Source: Alphaproteobacteria bacterium
Lineage (GTDB): Bacteria > Pseudomonadota > Alphaproteobacteria > MPNO01
DNA length: 64,000 nucleotides
NCBI GenBank assembly: GCA_965248835.1
Contig: CBDFLJ010000002.1
Span: forward strand, 1,024,001-1,088,000
Reading direction: 5' to 3'
Under the pieces are notes generated by a model. That model made no database searches, had not been told where the DNA came from, and saw only the letters and a program-made list of their open reading frames with translations. The translations under genes and the position numbers were made by a program. Shown here piece after piece: positions 50,954 through 60,976 of this stretch. How positions within the stretch are numbered: position 1 is the first letter of the stretch; the number at the start of each line of letters is the position of its first letter.

Positions 50954-52610
50954 CCCGCATTTCCCAAGTGACCGCTTCGCCTGATGCCTGATTGGCACGA
51001 TTCTGCTATAAGAATCACTGGCTTGAGGGTGTCGGAGGGCGGCTTGGATGCGGAACCCGGAGGGTGAATCGGATCATGGGCCACTCCGGCCCCTTTTCGA
51101 CCGCCGCCTGAAACTGGAGTTCCACGGATCGCGGGTGACCTCCGACGCGGGGTTGCTCGCTTATCGCGAACTGGACGACGCGCTCGGGCTGACCGCACTG
51201 GCGGGCGGCGTGCTCGCGGATAGCCGCACGGGCAGGAACGGCTGGCACGGCATCGTCAGTCTCCTTCGCCAGTCCGTCTATGGGCGTCTCGCCGGCTACG
51301 AGGATGTCAACGACGCCGACCGGCTCGGGCGTGATCCCGCGATGCGCTGGATCGTCGGCGGCAAGGCGGTCGAGCGCGGCGGGGCATCGACCAGCCAGAT
51401 GGGGCGGTTCGAGACCGAGCTGCTGGCGAACAACGAGAACCTCGCGGCCCTTGCGGACCTGTCGGGGATGTGGATCGACCGGGTTCACGACCACGATCCG
51501 CCGAGGCGCGTGGTGCTCGACATGGACAGCTCCGTCAGCCCGACATTCGGTGAGCAGGAGGGCACGGCCTATAACGGCCACTTCGGCTGCACCTGCTATC
51601 ACCCGCTGTTCGTGTTCAACCAGTTCGGCGACCTGGAGCGTTGCGCGCTGCGCCCCGGCAACGTGCACAGCGCCCACGGATGGCGTGATGTCCTGGTACC
51701 GGTGGTCGAACGTTACAAGGAACGAGCCATCCGCCTCTACTTCCGCGGCGATGCGGCCTTCGCCTCACCGGAGATCTACGACTACCTCGAAGCCGAAGGC
51801 ATGCTCTACGCCATCCGGCTGCCCGCCAACAAGGTGCTGCAAGAGAGCATCGCTCATCTCCTGAAGCGCCCCGTCGGTAGGCCGCCCAAGGACGTGCGCC
51901 GGTATCATGCCAGCTTCAGTTATCAGGCCGGAACCTGGGACAAGCCCCGCCGCGTCGTCGCCAAGGTCGAGTGGCATCCGGGTGAGTTGTACCCGCGGGT
52001 CGGGTTCGTTGTCACCAACCTGGGCCGCCCCGCCGAGCGGGTGGTCGCGTTCTACAATCAGCGCGGCACGGCTGAGCAATGGATCAAGGAGGGCAAGAAC
52101 GCGATCCGGTGGACACGCCTGTCGTGCCGCAGGTTCGACCACAATGCCGTTCGCCTCCAGCTTCACGCGCTCGCCTACAACCTCGGCAACTTCATGCGCA
52201 CCCTCGCGCTGCCCGATGCCGTGGGACAGTGGTCACTGACCAGCCTGCGAGAGAAGCTCATCAAGATCGGAGCGAAGATCGTGCGCCACGGGCGCTACGT
52301 CACGTTCCAGATGGCCGAGGTTGTCATTCCTCGTGACCTGTTCGCCGACATCCTGCGCCGTATCGACCGGCTCAGACCGCCGCCAGCCCCGGCATGAGCG
52401 ACGGCACCCCGTTCCTTCGCGTCGCCGCCGACAGGATCGGTGCGCCCGGATCGCCGGCAAAAATGCCATTCCGCGCCACCAACGCCGCCAATTGGTCCTC
52501 AATCATCCGGATCGGCGCGAAGATGGCCGTCATTCGAAGGCGAACTGCCCGTCGAGCGGTTTCGAGTCACACTCAACGGGCTGGGAGGGTTCCATATGGG
52601 GAATCCCGGC
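50954..52610 (+). mobile_element. IS1380-family insertion sequence (apparently complete)
   Basis: Imperfect terminal IRs CCCGCATTTCCCAAGTG / CATATGGGGAATCCCGG; TAAA on both flanks (possible TSD); intact transposase. Confidence 0.88.
51048..52397 (+). CDS. IS1380-family DDE transposase
   Basis: VTSDAG, LDMDSS, RGDAAF and YNQRGTAEQWIKEGK motifs. Confidence 0.95.
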   Translation: MRNPEGESDHGPLRPLFDRRLKLEFHGSRVTSDAGLLAYRELDDALGLTALAGGVLADSRTGRNGWHGIVSLLRQSVYGRLAGYEDVNDADRLGRDPAMRWIVGGKAVERGGASTSQMGRFETELLANNENLAALADLSGMWIDRVHDHDPPRRVVLDMDSSVSPTFGEQEGTAYNGHFGCTCYHPLFVFNQFGDLERCALRPGNVHSAHGWRDVLVPVVERYKERAIRLYFRGDAAFASPEIYDYLEAEGMLYAIRLPANKVLQESIAHLLKRPVGRPPKDVRRYHASFSYQAGTWDKPRRVVAKVEWHPGELYPRVGFVVTNLGRPAERVVAFYNQRGTAEQWIKEGKNAIRWTRLSCRRFDHNAVRLQLHALAYNLGNFMRTLALPDAVGQWSLTSLREKLIKIGAKIVRHGRYVTFQMAEVVIPRDLFADILRRIDRLRPPPAPA

Positions 52611-52768
52611 TAAAGGGTGTGCACTTCGGGCCGCGGTACCCGTTTCGGGTAACGTCAAAAACACCAGGTAAATCAATCTGTTACTCGGAGCCTGCTACGC
52701 ACCGTTTTGAACGCTTATTGCCTTGCGAAATCGACTGGAATCAAAATACCAACAATGATTGGGTCGGT

Positions 52769-53026
52769 CTGCGCCGCGACGTCGAGACCGCCGAGGGGGC
52801 GGTGCTGCGGCTCATCCGGGCGCCGCTCGAGGACGGTCGGTTCGATGCACTGGGCTCGTTCACCTTCAATCTCGGCGCTGGCGCGCTGCAGCGCTCGACG
52901 CTGAGGCGCCAGGTCAACCGCCAGGAGCACGGCACGGTGCCGCGGGAGTTCCGGCGCCGGGTGTGGGCCGCCGGTGGGCGCAAGCTCGAGGGGCTGATCC
53001 GGCGGCGCGAGGCGGAGGCGGAACTC
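52769..53026 (+). pseudogene. GH24 phage-type lysozyme C-terminal remnant
   Basis: FDALGSFTFNLGAGALQRSTLRR...GLIRRREAE; the N-terminal catalytic region is missing. Confidence 0.75.
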
Positions 53027-53346
53027 TCTGCGCGGAGGAGGGCTGTCGAAGTCGACCACCCTCGGACGACCTCATGTCATGCAAAACAGACGGTGAGCCC
53101 CTTATTACGGTGAGCCCTGTATTGAAGACAACCGTGCCGTTGCTCCGGGATGCGCGCGGATCAGCGGCTCTGTCGGCAGTCGCCATCAGCTTGGGGCGCG
53201 GAACCCGATTATCCGGCCTAACAACCGGGGGATTTGACGAAGATTTCGGTGTGCTGTCCGACTTTCGCTGAGATCGGCGGTGTTGACGTCCGCAATCATC
53301 CGCCGTTTCGTTCTCGGCGGAGGGTTTTGGCGCTATTCGGGCGGAC

Positions 53347-54471
53347 TCATGCCATGGCGGCGCTGCGCTCATGGAAGATCAGACGCTGGAAATTATAAGC
53401 CAGGTTGGCGAGGCCGATCTTGGCCGCCGCCCGCTCGAGCCCGATGGTACGGACGAACAGGCCCATGCGATCCTTCTGCTGGGCGAAGACGTGCTCGACA
53501 TGCGCACGGACCGCTGACTTGCGGGCATTGGCCCGGGCGGTCGCCTTGGGCATGGCCCGGCCCGGCGGCTTCTTGCGGTGGATGTGGGAGACCCGACCCT
53601 TGCCGGCCAGCCACGCCTCGTTGGCCTTCGAGCGATAGGCGCTGTCGGCCCACACGCCGGCGGCCAGATTGTCGCCGGTGACGAGATGACGCAACATCTT
53701 GCCGTCATGGCGGGCGGCATCGGTCACTGCCGAGCTGCGGATGAAGCCGTAGGCCCGGTCGATGACGACATGGGCTGCGCGGGCTTACGCCGCGCCACTG
53801 GCGCGACGGTCCTGCTCGCTGTAGCCGAACACCGGGATCGCGATGTCGGGCATGCGCCGTTGCGCCCCGGCGGGGTTCTTGCGCCGCCCGGTCTTCACCG
53901 TCCACCGCGCATCCGTGTCCTTCTGCGCCGCCTTGGCCGGCTGATCGGGCCAGATCTCGGATGCCCTCTTGCCTGCCTTGATCGCCGCCTTCTCGTCGTC
54001 GCTGTTGCGCTGCTTGGGCGCCGATACCAACGTCGCATCGACGATCTGCCCGCCCATCGCCAGATAGCCGCACCGGCGCAGTTCGCCATCGAAGGCGGCA
54101 AACAGCTTATCCATCGCCCCGGCCCGGACCAGACGCTCGCGAAAGATCCATATGGTGTTGCGGTCCGGCGTCGGCGCTCCGAGATCGAAGCCCAGGAAGC
54201 GAAGCCAGCTCAAGCGGTCGCGGATCAGAAACTCCATCCGCTCGTCGCTCACCGTGTGCCGCGCGGCCAGGATCAGTACCTTGAACATCGCCACCGCATC
54301 GTAGGCCGGGCGGCCGCCTTTCGATCCGTCCGAATAGCCCAGCGCCGCCTCAAGCGGCGCGCGGAAAATCTCGAAGTCGACGACCTGCGCCAGCACCTCC
54401 AACGGATCACCCGTCGCCGATAGCTTCCGAAGATGATCCGGTAAGCCGAACAGACCAGCCTGCCTCATCAA
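53347..54471 (-). pseudogene. IS5-family transposase split by a short insertion
   Basis: GGRPAYD, IVDATLV, WADSAY and RAHVEHVF motifs in two frames; break at about 53775-53820. Confidence 0.88.
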
Positions 54472-54748
54472 TACCTCCTCGAACCGAACCGCCGTAGAGA
54501 ATCACAACCAGGCAAAATTCGCGAGGTAAATGGAGGCGTCCAGGTGGCCCGGCGGCGCGCGCTGACCTCCCGGATCGTCGAACTCGCGGCGGCGCGACCG
54601 CGCGGCTGATGGCGCGAGGCGAACGGCCATGCTACACACTTGGTGGTCGTGGTAGTGCCATCGCGGGAGTCCGCAACATGAAGAGATCAGACGGCTGGGC
54701 GGTCACGCCGCCCTCGCCTCGGGGGGTGTCGCGCAGGCAGACGAGGGC

Positions 54749-55101
54749 CTGAACGCGGTGGCCCGGAAAATCTGCGTCGTCGTCACTGCGCGGCCGTCTT
54801 ATTCGCGCATCCGCACCGCGCTGGAGGCGATGCGCGCTCATCCCGGCATCGAATTGCAGCTCGTCGTCGCGGCGTCCGCGCTGCTCGAACGCTACGGCAG
54901 CGCGCTGGACGTGATCGAGGCCGAAGGCTTCACCATCGACCGGCGCGTCTACATGGTGCTCGAGGGCGAGAACCTGGTGACATCAGCCAAGTCGACCGGG
55001 TTCGGACTGTCCGAGTTCGCGACGGTCTTCGACGACCTCAAGCCCGACGTGGTGGTCTCGGTCGCCGATCGGTTCGAGACACTCGCGACCGCGACGGCCG
55101 C
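54749..55101. repeat. direct repeat C, copy 2 (5' end of intact neuC)
   Basis: Same orientation as 47576-47928, offset 7173 bp. Confidence 0.95.
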
Positions 55102-55915
55102 GGCTTACATGAATATCCCGCTGGCTCACGTCCAGGGCGGCGAGATCACCGGCTCGATCGATGAGAAGGTCCGCCACGCGGTCAGCAAGCTCGCCGACAT
55201 CCATCTCGTGGCCTCCGAGATGGCCGCGGAACGGCTGATCCGCATGGGCGAGCGACCCGAGAGCGTCCACGTCACCGGTTGCCCGTCGATCGACCTCGCT
55301 CACCGCGCTTTGGAGGCCGAGCCGCGCGACATCGAAGCCGTGGTCGCGGGATATGGCGGCGTCGGGGCCGAGTTCAGCCTGGCGGACGGTTATGTCGTCG
55401 TGCTGCAGCATCCGGTGACGACCGAATTCGAGCACGCCCGCCACCATATCGAGGAGACGCTGTACGCGGTCTCGGACAGCAACCGGCCGACGCTCTGGTT
55501 CTGGCCCAACGTCGATGCCGGATCCGACGTCACCTCGAAAAGCATACGTACTTTCCGCGAGCACGACGCCCTGCCGCAAGTGCATTTCTACCGGAACTTC
55601 AGACCGCTTGATTTCCTGTCGCTGCTGATCAACGCCAACGGGGTCCTCGGCAACTCCTCGGTCGCAATCCGGGAATGTTCCTATCTTGGGGTGCCGGCGA
55701 TCGACATCGGCAGCCGCCAGCTCGGCCGCGACAGGGGCCGCAACGTCACCCGCGTCGACTATGATCGGACCGCGATCCGCAATGGGATCGAGAGCTTCTT
55801 CACGCCCCGCGGCCGGCCGCGCGATACGATCTACGGCACCGGCAAGGCGGGCGAGCGCATCGCTGAGGTGTTGGCGAGCGCCGAACTGACGATCGAGAAG
55901 CGGCTGGCGTTCTGA
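54758..55915 (+). CDS. neuC: hydrolysing UDP-GlcNAc 2-epimerase
   Basis: TARPSY, ADRFE, HVQGGE, HPVT, GNSS and GSRQ motifs. Confidence 0.92.
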   Translation: MARKICVVVTARPSYSRIRTALEAMRAHPGIELQLVVAASALLERYGSALDVIEAEGFTIDRRVYMVLEGENLVTSAKSTGFGLSEFATVFDDLKPDVVVSVADRFETLATATAAAYMNIPLAHVQGGEITGSIDEKVRHAVSKLADIHLVASEMAAERLIRMGERPESVHVTGCPSIDLAHRALEAEPRDIEAVVAGYGGVGAEFSLADGYVVVLQHPVTTEFEHARHHIEETLYAVSDSNRPTLWFWPNVDAGSDVTSKSIRTFREHDALPQVHFYRNFRPLDFLSLLINANGVLGNSSVAIRECSYLGVPAIDIGSRQLGRDRGRNVTRVDYDRTAIRNGIESFFTPRGRPRDTIYGTGKAGERIAEVLASAELTIEKRLAF

Positions 55916-55965
55916 CGGTGCGGCCGCTCTTCGGTCCGATAAGCGATCGGCCGGATCATGCGCGC

Positions 55966-56039
55966 TGGCTGGGGGACCTGGATTCGAACCAGGACTGCTC
56001 GGGTCAGAGCCGAGCGTTCTACCGTTAAACTATCCCCCA
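55966..56039 (-). tRNA. tRNA-Gln(CTG)
   Basis: TGGGGGATAGTTTAACGGTAGAACGCTCGGCT-CTG-ACCCGAGCAGTCCTGGTTCGAATCCAGGTCCCCCAGCCA folds as a cloverleaf with encoded CCA. Confidence 0.97.
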
Positions 56040-56266
56040 CCGCGTCGCCGCGCGGCCGACAATAGCGGGTTTGCGGGGGCGATCAAGGCTGCGGCCCGGT
56101 GCGGACTGCGGCGCGCCTCGATCACGAATCCGGATTGCAGATAACGTCAAACCCTATTTGTTAGATATCTAACTTATCCTAGAATAGTTTTTCCGACCGG
56201 CCACCGACCGGTCTCGGGAGTGTCAAGCGATGGTCCGCCGCGCGGCGGACGGGGAACGGGAACGAG

Positions 56267-57325
56267 GTGCCGGTTCAACCGACCCAGGGGACCCATCTCC
56301 AGCGGAGGGCAAGACCCCGGCGGGGCAGCGGCGCGGCCGGTAACCGGCCACGGACGATCGCCGCGCTCGATCTGGGCACCAACAACTGCCGTTTGCTGAT
56401 CGCCAAGCCCGTCTGCGGCGGCTTCGAGGTCGTCGACGGGTTCTCGCGCATCGTGCGGCTCGGCCAGGGGCTGGTCGAGACCGGAGAGCTGTGCGAGGTC
56501 GCCATGTCCCGGACCATCGAGGCGCTGTCGATCTGCGCCGCCAAGGTTCGCCGCCGCCGGGTCCACCGCGCCCGCTACGTCGCGACAGAGGCTGCCCGCC
56601 AGGCGGCCAACTGCGCCGGCTTTCTGGCCCGCGTGGAGAACGCGACCGGGATCGCGCTGGAGATCATCTCTTCGCGCGAGGAGGCGGAGCTGACCCTGAT
56701 GGGCTGCTTGCCGCTGCTCGACCCGAGCGTGCCCTATGCGGTGATCTTTGATGTTGGCGGCGGCAGCGCGGAGATCGTCTGGCTGCGTCTGCACAAGGAC
56801 TCCCCGCCGCACATTTTGGACTGGATGTCGCTGCCGGTCGGCGTGGTGACAGTGACCGAGCGCCATGGCGGATCGGATTTCACCGACGCCGAATACGAGG
56901 CGACGCTCACCGAGGTCCAGGAACAGCTACGACCCTTCGAGCAGCGCCACGAGATCCGCCGGCATCTGGAAAAGGGACAGGCGCAGATGCTGGGGACCGC
57001 GGGCACCGTCACCACGGTGGCCAGCGTCAACATGGGGCTCAAGCGTTACAACCGCGCCGTCGTCGACGGCTCTTATCTCAACCTGTCCGATGTGCATGCG
57101 GTTTGCCGGTCGCTGTCCAGGTCGACCTATGACCAGCGGATCGAACATCCCTCGATCGGGCCGGGCAGGGCCGACCTTGTGGTGGCCGGCTGCGCGATCC
57201 TTGAGGCCATCTGCCGGACCTGGCCGGCCGGCCGGCTGCGGGTCGCCGATCGCGGTGTCCGCGAGGGCATCCTGCTCGATCTCGCCGCCTCGATCGAGCG
57301 CGAGCGCCAAGATGGCCGGGCGTGA
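56267..57325 (+). CDS. Ppx/GppA family phosphatase
   Basis: ALDLGTNNCR, ATEAAR, DVGGGSAE and GVREG motifs. Confidence 0.92.
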   Translation: MPVQPTQGTHLQRRARPRRGSGAAGNRPRTIAALDLGTNNCRLLIAKPVCGGFEVVDGFSRIVRLGQGLVETGELCEVAMSRTIEALSICAAKVRRRRVHRARYVATEAARQAANCAGFLARVENATGIALEIISSREEAELTLMGCLPLLDPSVPYAVIFDVGGGSAEIVWLRLHKDSPPHILDWMSLPVGVVTVTERHGGSDFTDAEYEATLTEVQEQLRPFEQRHEIRRHLEKGQAQMLGTAGTVTTVASVNMGLKRYNRAVVDGSYLNLSDVHAVCRSLSRSTYDQRIEHPSIGPGRADLVVAGCAILEAICRTWPAGRLRVADRGVREGILLDLAASIERERQDGRA

Positions 57326-58031
57326 GCGCGGCGGCGGCCGGTCCGGGCGCAAATCCAGAAAGTCCGCTCCGCGCTATCCGACCGTGCGGGTCCGCACCGC
57401 GAAGGGCCGCAAGCCGTCCTCGACGCGCTGGCTCCACAGACAGCTCAACGATCCCTACGTCGCCGAGGCCGGCCGCCACGGCTACCGCTCGCGCGCGGCC
57501 TGGAAGCTGGTGGAGATCGACCGCAAGTTCGGCCTGCTGCGCCTCGGCGCGGCGGTGCTCGACCTGGGGGCGGCGCCCGGCGGCTGGGCCCAGGTCGCGG
57601 TCGAGCGCGTGCGCACCCCCTCGGGCGGCGGATACGTGCTCGCGGTCGACCTCCAGGAGATGGCGCCGATAGAGGGCGCGGAATTCCTGCGGCTGGACAT
57701 CGACGACCCGGAGCAAGCCGAGCGTCTCGTCCATGCGGTCGGGGACGGCTGCGATGTCGTGTTGTCGGACATGGCGATCGCTGCGACCGGGCATCGGCTG
57801 ACCGATCAGATCCGCAACCAGCGTCTGGCCGAGATCGCCCATGACCTCGCCCGTCGGGTTCTGCGGCCGCGCGGCGCGCTGGTCATCAAGGCCTTTCACG
57901 GCGGCGGGGCCGCGCCGTTGATGGGTGCGCTGAAAAGCGATTTCGCCGTTGTCCGGACGTTCAAGCCGCCGGCCTCGCGGAGCGGGTCCGCGGAGACCTA
58001 CATCGTCGCAAGGGGCTTCCGCGGCGCCTAG
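57312..58031 (+). CDS. rlmE: 23S rRNA Um2552 methyltransferase
   Basis: YRSRAAWKL, DLGAAPGGW, SDMA, KPPASR..SAETY; ATG 57312. Confidence 0.93.
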   Translation: MAGRERGGGRSGRKSRKSAPRYPTVRVRTAKGRKPSSTRWLHRQLNDPYVAEAGRHGYRSRAAWKLVEIDRKFGLLRLGAAVLDLGAAPGGWAQVAVERVRTPSGGGYVLAVDLQEMAPIEGAEFLRLDIDDPEQAERLVHAVGDGCDVVLSDMAIAATGHRLTDQIRNQRLAEIAHDLARRVLRPRGALVIKAFHGGGAAPLMGALKSDFAVVRTFKPPASRSGSAETYIVARGFRGA

Positions 58032-58545
58032 GCTCTGGACCCATAAAAGCGCTTTATGATTCTGTTTGGATCTGATTCAAGCTTCCAAACCGTGGGAGCT
58101 TGAGAATGTCGGAGAGCTTTTGGCTGAGCGATGAGCAGTTTGGACGTCTGGCGCCGTTGTTGCCGACGGACACGCGGGGCGTGCCGCGGGTTGACGACCG
58201 GCGGGTGATATCTGGGATCATCCATGTTCTTCAATCGGGCTGCCGGTGGAAGGATGCGCCGGCGGAATACGGCCCTCACAAGACGCTGTACAACCGCTTT
58301 GTCCGCTGGGCGCGCAAGGGTGTATGGCAGGGCGTCTTCGTGCGGTTGGCGGATTCTGGCGGACCGCCGGCAGCGGTGATGCTGGATTCGACCCATGTCA
58401 AGGCGCACCGTTCGGCGGCGGGCGGAAAAGGGGGCCGAGATCCAGGCGATCGGCCGCTCGCAGGGCGGGCGCACGACCAAGATCCATGCCGCCGTCGACG
58501 AGCACGGCCGGGCGCGACGGCTGATCGTCGGGCGGGCCATCGGAG
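58029..58545 (+). mobile_element. IS5-family (IS427-group-like) element, truncated
   Basis: Begins at the CTAG overlapping the rlmE stop; RVDDRRVISGI, YNRFVRW and LDSTHVKAHR motifs; GGAAAAGGGGG frameshift window; orfB stops after TKIHAAVD. Confidence 0.8.
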
Positions 58546-59264
58546 CGACGCACCGGTGGCGGTGTTCCTGCGCCCGGGCAAGACGCCATCGGGAGGCGAG
58601 GTTCGCGCCGTCCTCAAGCACCTGGTCCGCCGCATCCGGCGGCACTGGCCGCCCACCCGGATCGTCTTCCGGGGAGATTCCCATTACGCCCGCCTGGAGG
58701 CGACCACGCGCGGCTTCGACGCCCGCTTCATCGTCACCTCGCTGAGCGGCGAAGCGCGCCGGCTCTGTGAAGAGAGTTGCTGTGCCCGCGGCCAGGCCGA
58801 AAATCCGATCAAGCTGCACAAGACCCAACTGGCCTCCGAGCGCACCTCCTGCCAAAGCCCGACCGCCAACCAGGTCAGGCCGGTCCTGCACACCTGCGCC
58901 TCCTGGATGATGCTCGTCCTGCGCAACGCCATCCCACAGGCAACGCCTCTCGCCAGAGCCGAGTTCGCAACCCTCAGGCTGCGCCTGCTCAAGATCGGCG
59001 CCCGCGTCGTCGAAAAGGCCGCCCGCATCCGAATCCACTTCACCTCGGCCTGCCCGAACGCCGCCCTCTTCCGCATGCTGGCGGGCCGCCTCGCGACCGC
59101 CGGACCCTGTATACCGGGGACGCGTGTCCCCTCGAACCCGACGATCTTCCACCCCAAACGCCTACCACAAAAAATGCCATACAGATGCCCAGGGGCGTCA
59201 GGTACACGCTCGCGCCACGACAATATCAGACAAAATCATCCGCGGTATAAATAGATCGGGCTAG
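58546..59264 (+). pseudogene. IS1380-family transposase C-terminal remnant with right end
   Basis: LRPGKTPSG, FRGDSHY, ARGQAENPIKLHK and LRLRLLKIGARV motifs; ends ATAGATCGGGCTAG. Confidence 0.8.
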
Positions 59265-59382
59265 TAAGGTGCAGGATTAAAGCAAGATTTGCTCGACGTT
59301 CTTCGGGAACTCGGCTCGAACCTTTACGGACCTACCCCAATTCAACGCTGCCCGAGGCAGTCACCGAACTAACTTCGTCATC

Positions 59383-59898
59383 TCACGCGCTTCCAAGATG
59401 TGATTTGGGCAGTCCCCCATGGTTGTAATTCTCCGGAAACACTGTGTCGTCGCCGATGCCGTACGAATCGATTATCTCGACGCCGTTGCCATCGGGGTCG
59501 TGGAAATAGGCGTGACGCCCGGGAAAATTTCGATGACCGGTGTCCTCGTACAGCAGCACCTCGACCCCCTTGGTTTCGAGATACGACATGGCGGCGTCAA
59601 AATCTTTTGCTGCTACCATAAAGGCGTGGTGAATGAGTGTATCGGTCCCTTTATTGGGTCGCTGGTGATAGCCGGTTCGCGACAGGACGAAAAAATCGTC
59701 GCCAGCACGCATGAACAACGTGGTGTCGTTTCGCCGCCAATAGGTGCAGCCGACCACGTCGACGTAAAAAACACGTGCCCGTTCGAGATCGGTGACGCCA
59801 ATCGTGAAATGCAGGATGCCGGTGGGCTCAACTCGACGCGGTGTGGTGTGAGCCACGGTAGTGGCGCCCGCGAAAGCCTCGCTATTCAGCTCCGACAT
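59383..59898 (-). CDS. VOC/glyoxalase family protein
   Basis: HFTIGVTDL, HHAF and YFHDPDGNGVE metal-binding pattern; RBS GGAGG; visibly lower GC. Confidence 0.88.
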   Translation of the reverse strand: MSELNSEAFAGATTVAHTTPRRVEPTGILHFTIGVTDLERARVFYVDVVGCTYWRRNDTTLFMRAGDDFFVLSRTGYHQRPNKGTDTLIHHAFMVAAKDFDAAMSYLETKGVEVLLYEDTGHRNFPGRHAYFHDPDGNGVEIIDSYGIGDDTVFPENYNHGGLPKSHLGSA

Positions 59899-59913
59899 AA
59901 CATTCCTCCATTG

Positions 59914-60235
59914 TCATTGGGTCTTTTGTCTTGCATCCAGCAGCATAAGCGCAATAGGGCAGGGTTCCGACTCGTGATTAATCCAGCTGTCGGTGTCCGT
60001 GGCGGTGTCACCGTGTTTGCAATTATGCCGAGGGGCTAACATTCCAGTAACTTTCTCCGACGGCATCACGGAGGATCTCGTCACGTCGCTGTCGTGCATT
60101 CGGCTGTTTGGGGTCGTATCGCGAAATTCAACCTTTACCTGCAAAGGCCGGTCAACCAACGCCCGTGACATCGTTCGAGGACCGTATGGCCTTATAACCG
60201 TCCTTCCCTTCATAGCCGGGATTAAATTGATCGCG
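59914..60235 (-). pseudogene. possible decayed cupin gene
   Basis: Residual MH...KHGDT...SWINHESEPCPIALMLLDA resembles a cupin C-terminus; truncated upstream by an IS end. Confidence 0.4.
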
Positions 60236-60238
60236 TAG

Positions 60239-60940
60239 CAGCCTGTTGAAGAAATAGCGGGTTTGGCCTTGAGGAAGGCTTGGTCGCCGAGATGGTATGC
60301 GAACTGGATTTCGATCGACCCTTTGTCGAGCAACTCAGCCGAGCCGGAACCGTTGACGTCGTCCATTTCCTCGAACCCGGCCCAGGTGAAGAAGACCATG
60401 GAGTGGCTGTATTCGAGGTCGAGGCTGGCCTGCATGGCGCCGAAGGCGATCTCGCCGTGGCCATCCGCTCGAATGGTCATCATGGCCGGCTCGACCAGAT
60501 CGAGGGATCACGATCCCAGAGGTCGGCCTCGACGATCCGCCAGCGGCCAAAGCCGGCAGTTCATTGGCGCCGTCATGGCCCGGTTTCCTGCAGCTTGGGC
60601 AATCGGACCAGATTGTAGGCCGCCGCCGCGAAGGTGAAGGCCCAATCAACCTTGGCCCGTCCCCGCAGCTTGGTCTGGCCCATCCCGGCCACCGTCTTGA
60701 TCCAGCCAAAGGCCTCCTCGATGCGCTTGCGGATCCGCTGACTGGCGGCGTAACCGGGATGCCGGGTCGTCCGCCCGTCGATGGCCGAACGTCGCCGGCT
60801 GGTGTTCCGGGCCACATGCGGGCGGACGTTGTGGCCCCGCAATTCCTCGACGAAGTCAGCGGCATCGTAGCCGCGATCCGTGCCCAGAGTGACTGCGCGT
60901 GGCCGGTCCGCTAGAGGCTCGATCATCTCCAGCGCCGCTA
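60239..60940 (-). mobile_element. IS5/IS1182-like 3' remnant: transposase C-terminus plus a frameshifted passenger ORF
   Basis: 60573-60926 encodes TLGTDRGYD...RKRIEEAFGWIK...AYNLVRL; a downstream small ORF (GEIAFGAMQASLD...) and the end motif CAGCCTGTTGAAGAA at 60239. Confidence 0.75.
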
Positions 60941-60976
60941 GACGCTAGAGGCTCGATCATCTCCAGCGCCGCTAGA
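60909..60976. repeat. perfect 34-bp tandem duplication
   Basis: CGCTAGAGGCTCGATCATCTCCAGCGCCGCTAGA x2. Confidence 0.95.

Noticed and set aside
52394-53113. 239-aa ORF as a real gene
   Set aside because: Chimera of the IS1380 right end, spacer DNA and a lysozyme fragment.
45800-55101. neuA/neuC duplications as DGR template/variable repeats or an invertible shufflon
   Set aside because: Mismatches are not adenine-specific, there is no reverse transcriptase or site-specific recombinase in the window, and the repeats are direct rather than inverted.
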